A DNA stretch of 64,000 nucleotides from positions 76,696,001 through 76,760,000 of the forward strand of contig NW_024704742.1 of the NCBI RefSeq assembly GCF_018977255.1, in the 5' to 3' direction. A model generated the notes under the pieces. The model ran no database searches. It was not told the DNA's origin and saw only the letters and a program-made list of their open reading frames with translations. The position numbers and the translations under genes are program-made. Shown piece after piece: positions 60,201-64,000 of the stretch (the stretch's first letter is position 1; every line of letters starts with the position of its first letter). Source of the DNA: Callorhinchus milii (taxonomy: Eukaryota).

Positions 60201-63200
60201 CTCTACATTACAGACGTGCAAACACACCGATTCTGTTTGAGTAAATATTGGGGTGGAGGTACGGTTTCAAATTTCCATTAGTTGCTTTTATAAAATAATC
60301 AACAATTTCCTGAAGACTGAAGCAGGTGATCTGTAAAATAAAAGGAAAGATGCTCAATGTTTACTGTACTTGGATAGTTTTAAGTTTATTCCTTTAGACT
60401 GCGTGAGCAGAGTTCAATCTACTAACATACCAGATGATAGAAATTCCACCTGTGTCTAGAGTTACTTAGCAGTTGAAAACATCCAGAATTTTGTAATTTC
60501 TTAATTATAGTCTTAATTGTGACGTTGGTTTTCTGTGAGTTCTTTTTAAGAACTAGAGAAAAACGGCTATATGGTTGGAACTAAATTCAACAGTTTACCA
60601 AAATGTTAATAAAATACAGTAAATCTGGACCTGGGTGGAACTTCTCTTCCAAAACACACATTAGAATAATTAAGGCATGAAGCCCATGTTAACTAATAAT
60701 AGAGTTCAGTGTGGCCCTCTACCAACAAGATGGCAGCTTCAAATTAACTCTTTGACTTTGAGAGTTAGCACACACACAGGCATTCTGTCAGAATTACACT
60801 AGTCTTCTTAATATAACAATAACAATCCTTGCATTTGATAAAGCGCCTCATCACATCAAAGTGCTTCACAGAATATATTATATAGTGGATTGATTGTATA
60901 TTTTGTAGGCGAAAAGCGCCAGCGAATTGTTCACAGCAGATATGTCTCATGTTCTTCAAGATTAGGGATTTTTGAATCACAGGAAGCATGGAAATCTGCT
61001 TATAGTGCAATGTGCTGAAGTGTTTGACTTTGTGGGTTAGATCGCAATGCTGATTCTTACTCTGATCAAATCAACATGGCAGGAGATTTCATGGCCAGAA
61101 GTAAAAATAATACAATAACATTGATAATAATCCTTACATTTGAGGACATCTCAAAGCGCTTAGGCTAAAGATTAACTGTAGTGATTGTGTATTTGTAGAC
61201 GAACATAGCAGCTAATTTGCAGTCATGAAGTGAATGGCCAATTTTATCTGGGGCAATATTAGCCAGGGCATTGGGAGAAACTCTCTTTACATTTCGAGCA
61301 GCACCGTGGGAACTTTAAAGCCTATCTGAACAGACATTCAGGATCTCATTTTAACATCTCATCTGCATCTGAAGGACAGCACCGCCAATAATGCAGCACC
61401 CACCCAGTACTGCAGTGAAGTATCAGCCTAGACTACAGCAAGTTTAAAGTCCCTGCATGCAGCTCGAATCCATAACCTTTTGACTCAGAGGCAAACGTGC
61501 TATGACCAGAGCCAGGCTGACACCTTATGGAAACCTGTGCCTTTATTTTGCTGCCACTGAGATTCCAAAGAAAAGCAGCCCTGGAGGGTCAAGGGCTGTT
61601 GTTATGTTTAGCAGTGCTGTAAAGTAACAGTGGAGACCTAACTTGCAGGTTTTATGTAAATGCATATGTTACAGAGGGAATTGCAGGTGCCCTAGCTATG
61701 TAACTAAGACCTGTAGCTCAGTGGTTAGAGCACTCGCTTTGCAAGTGAGAGACCTGAGTTCAATTCCAGGCAGAGGGCGAAACCTTGGGCAAGTTTCCTT
61801 ACTCCACACAGAGCCTAATAATAATCCCTCCAAAAAACGAAACAATAATAAATTGGTCATTTCAATCCACAACTGTTTGTGGGACATTGCTGTGCGCAAT
61901 TGGCTGCCGCGTTCGCCCACAAATATACAGTCAATTCACTTTACAGTGTGTTCTGTGAAGCGCTTTGGGACGTCCTCCCGACGTGAAAAGCGCTATATCA
62001 AATGTAAGGATTATTATTATTATTAAGAACTATTGAAAATAATTCCAGGTGATTCTATAATGCTTTCCATTGGTTAATTACACAATTAAATGTGCTTTCA
62101 TTTTCTCTATACACATGTGCTTACACCTTACAAGATCACAAGATTGGTTTGGAAGAAGAAAGCCCTTTAGTCCATCTGATTTAATCACTGCAGAACATCC
62201 ACCCTAATGTGCCCCCATCACTACATCAAACTGTTTTTTAAATGAATCTACCACCTTTCCTGGCAGCCTGTTCCAGTCGTTGACTATCCTCTGCATAAAA
62301 AACGCTTCCTGGTATTTGTCCTGAAATTCCCCTTTAAACTCTAAACCTACACCCTCTTGTTCTACTATTATGATGCATTCTAAAGTATCGATCTGGGTTT
62401 ATGTTTTTAATCTCAGTTAAAATATACACCTCTATGAGGTCTCCTCTGAGTCGTCTTTTCTCAAGGATAAAGAGCCTGAGAGAATTGTTGCTCACAGCTC
62501 GTTGCTCTAACACTGGGGATCCTCCTCGTTGCTCTCCTCTGCATTGTTTCTAAGGCCTGGATAGCCCCCTTGTGTCGCAGTGACCAGAACTGTATGCAGT
62601 AAAAAAGGTGCGGCCTGACCTGAGCACTCTGCAGCCTGAGAATGATGTCGGAGATCTAAAGTCAACTGATTTACCATTATAGCCCAGCGTCTTGTTTGCC
62701 TTGTTTATTGCTACCTCACATTGTTTTGAGATAGTGAGCGACTAGTTAACTAACACCCCTAGATCTCTTTCAGCTTCCCCCTTGGCAAGTTCAGTCCCAT
62801 TCATGGAGTACTTGTGTTTCCTATTCTTGGATTCTATTTGTATGGTTGACACAAGCCACAAATTGCACCCAGTGACATCAATTTGTTCTGATGTTGTATA
62901 CATTGCTGGGAAATATTGTTATGCACAAATTGGTTGCCACATTTGCTTACAAAATACAATACGCACTTTACAGTAAGAATCCAGGGAAGTTTTCTGAGAT
63001 GTCCTCCCGATGTGAAAGGTGCTTATACCAAAAGGATTATTATTATTTATTGCATGTCTCTCAGTCATAAGAATATGGTTCCACAGACCCAGGTTTCAAA
63101 TTTCCAGTGAATAATTTCACACAGTACAGGTCGCAACATAGAATGACAAAATACATGGACTGTCTTAAACTTTGAATTTTCATAGTGAATAGAGAGAAAT

Positions 63201-63276
63201 ACTTACTGAATTGTCAAGCCAGAGGATAAACCTGTCATCGTCACTGGTCACCCTGTAGTGCTTTATGGCTGCTTTA
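57195..63276 (-). CDS. STAP1: STAP-family (signal-transducing adaptor protein) gene, 5'-partial, 6 coding exons: SH2 C-half plus Pro-rich tail
   Basis: Phase-consistent minus-strand exons give [57 protein letters not shown]...[17 protein letters not shown]. The SH2 part resembles STAP1 (IKHYKV...VIDYFVKETRGNLRPF, recalled). STAP1 lies tail-to-tail with UBA6 in human. Family assignment is firm; STAP1 versus STAP2 is less so. Confidence 0.8.
57660..57719 (-). CDS. STAP1: STAP-family exon e
   Basis: 60 nt, phase 1-1: (Y)[19 protein letters not shown]; long pyrimidine tract, atgcag/gtactc. Confidence 0.7.
57992..58373 (-). mobile_element. tRNA-derived SINE (longer-middle variant)
   Basis: family homology. 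Confidence 0.88.
58831..58893 (-). CDS. STAP1: STAP-family exon d
   Basis: 63 nt, phase 1-1: (A)[20 protein letters not shown]; ctacag/gtatga. Confidence 0.68.
59044..59154 (+). repeat. degenerate minisatellite, ~4x ~29 bp GGCTCAGACATTAAGCAGGAGATTG
   Basis: GGCTCAGACATTA occurs three times and ACATTAAGCAGGAGATT twice. Confidence 0.75.
59160..59402 (+). mobile_element. CR1 3' fragment
   Basis: [17 protein letters not shown]; tail GAATGGCCTGTTTCTGTGC. Similar short CR1 pieces at ~2105-2195, 2510-2625, 49560-49815 (+) and 52330-52705, 58430-58680 (-). Confidence 0.75.
59571..59765 (-). CDS. STAP1: STAP-family exon c (Pro-rich tail)
   Basis: 195 nt, phase 1-1: (E)[64 protein letters not shown]; ag/gtatgg. 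Confidence 0.72.
60228..60330 (-). CDS. STAP1: STAP-family exon b (SH2 C-terminus)
   Basis: tttacag|[34 protein letters not shown]|gtgtgt. Confidence 0.9.
61710..62024 (+). mobile_element. tRNA-derived SINE (tail type B)
   Basis: near full-length family copy. Confidence 0.93.
62132..62830 (-). mobile_element. CR1-clade LINE 3' fragment
   Basis: minus strand reads ...[18 protein letters not shown] RT C-terminus and a CR1-type 3' end. Confidence 0.8.
63207..63276 (-). CDS. STAP1: STAP-family exon a (SH2)
   Basis: ttacag|[23 protein letters not shown]|gtaagt. Confidence 0.88.
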
Positions 63277-63754
63277 CTGTAATGTAAAATAATTCTCTTT
63301 AGTCCCATCTTGAGCTGGACTGTGATCACTCTTACTATGAAGAGTTAAGAGGTGCTATGTTTATTTCTGTGCAGAGATTGTCTATGTTTTTATGCTCATG
63401 TTCGAGATTTAAACCAGTGGATATATGCTGCTGAGAACAAAATATCTGAATCCACATTCTGGTACTAGAATATTAAAGTTACAGATGAGGCTTTGTTTTC
63501 AAAACTCTATCCCTGGTCTGCATTAGAGGTCTTCCTTTAAATAGCCATTCTGATTTCTGTCCGATCCAATTTAATCCTTAGAGTCTTTTCAAGCCTAGGA
63601 AACTCCTGTCTCACTGGGAAAATCAGTATACATGTTATGTGTTTCCATCTCGTGTACTATGACTCCGAATACACTTTTACAGTATTTACAGTGACTGGGG
63701 GCAGGGATTCTTGCCACTTGGGTTCTGTTAACTGGGTAAGTCATAGCCCTAAGA

Positions 63755-64000
63755 CAGGGCGAAACCTTGGGCAAGTTTCCTTACTCCACACGCCTAATAA
63801 TAATCCCTCCAAAAAAAAAAACAATAATTAAATTGGTCATTTTCAATCTACGACTGTTTGTGGGACATTGCTGTGCGCAATTGGCTGCCGCGTTCGCCCA
63901 CAAATATACAGTCAATTCACTTTACAGTGTGTTCTGTGAAGCGCTTTGGGACGTCCTCCCGACGTGAAAAGCGCTATATCAAATGCAAGGATTATTATTA
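63755..64000 (+). mobile_element. tRNA-derived SINE, 5'-truncated (tail type B)
   Basis: family homology; runs to the window end. Confidence 0.92.

Overview
Eukaryotic (vertebrate) genomic DNA. The repeat content (L2 and CR1 LINEs, tRNA-head Deu-type SINEs) suggests a cartilaginous fish, possibly a chimaera; that taxon call is inference. The + strand carries 30 coding exons of UBA6 (ubiquitin-activating enzyme E1-like 2) at 2662-51153. I spliced them by hand into one open frame of 2936 nt (~978 aa) matching human exons ~4-33 as recalled; the 5' exons lie upstream of the window. One intron has a GC donor. The - strand carries six exons (63276 down to 57195) of a convergent STAP-family adaptor gene that the ORF track almost entirely misses. 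Its SH2 C-half and position beside UBA6 are STAP1-like, but it has a long STAP2-like tail. Introns are filled with decayed L2 and CR1 LINEs, SINEs sharing the L2 3' tail, two complete MITEs and an unclassified A-tailed repeat. Most long ORFs in the track are L2 fragments or their shadow frames. I see no convincing wholly new biological system. The best leads are the STAP1/STAP2-hybrid gene, a SINE subfamily whose 3' loop matches the local L2, the unclassified repeat, a duplicated splice-donor fragment and a 24-bp-TIR MITE. Repeat boundaries are approximate; exon boundaries were read base by base.
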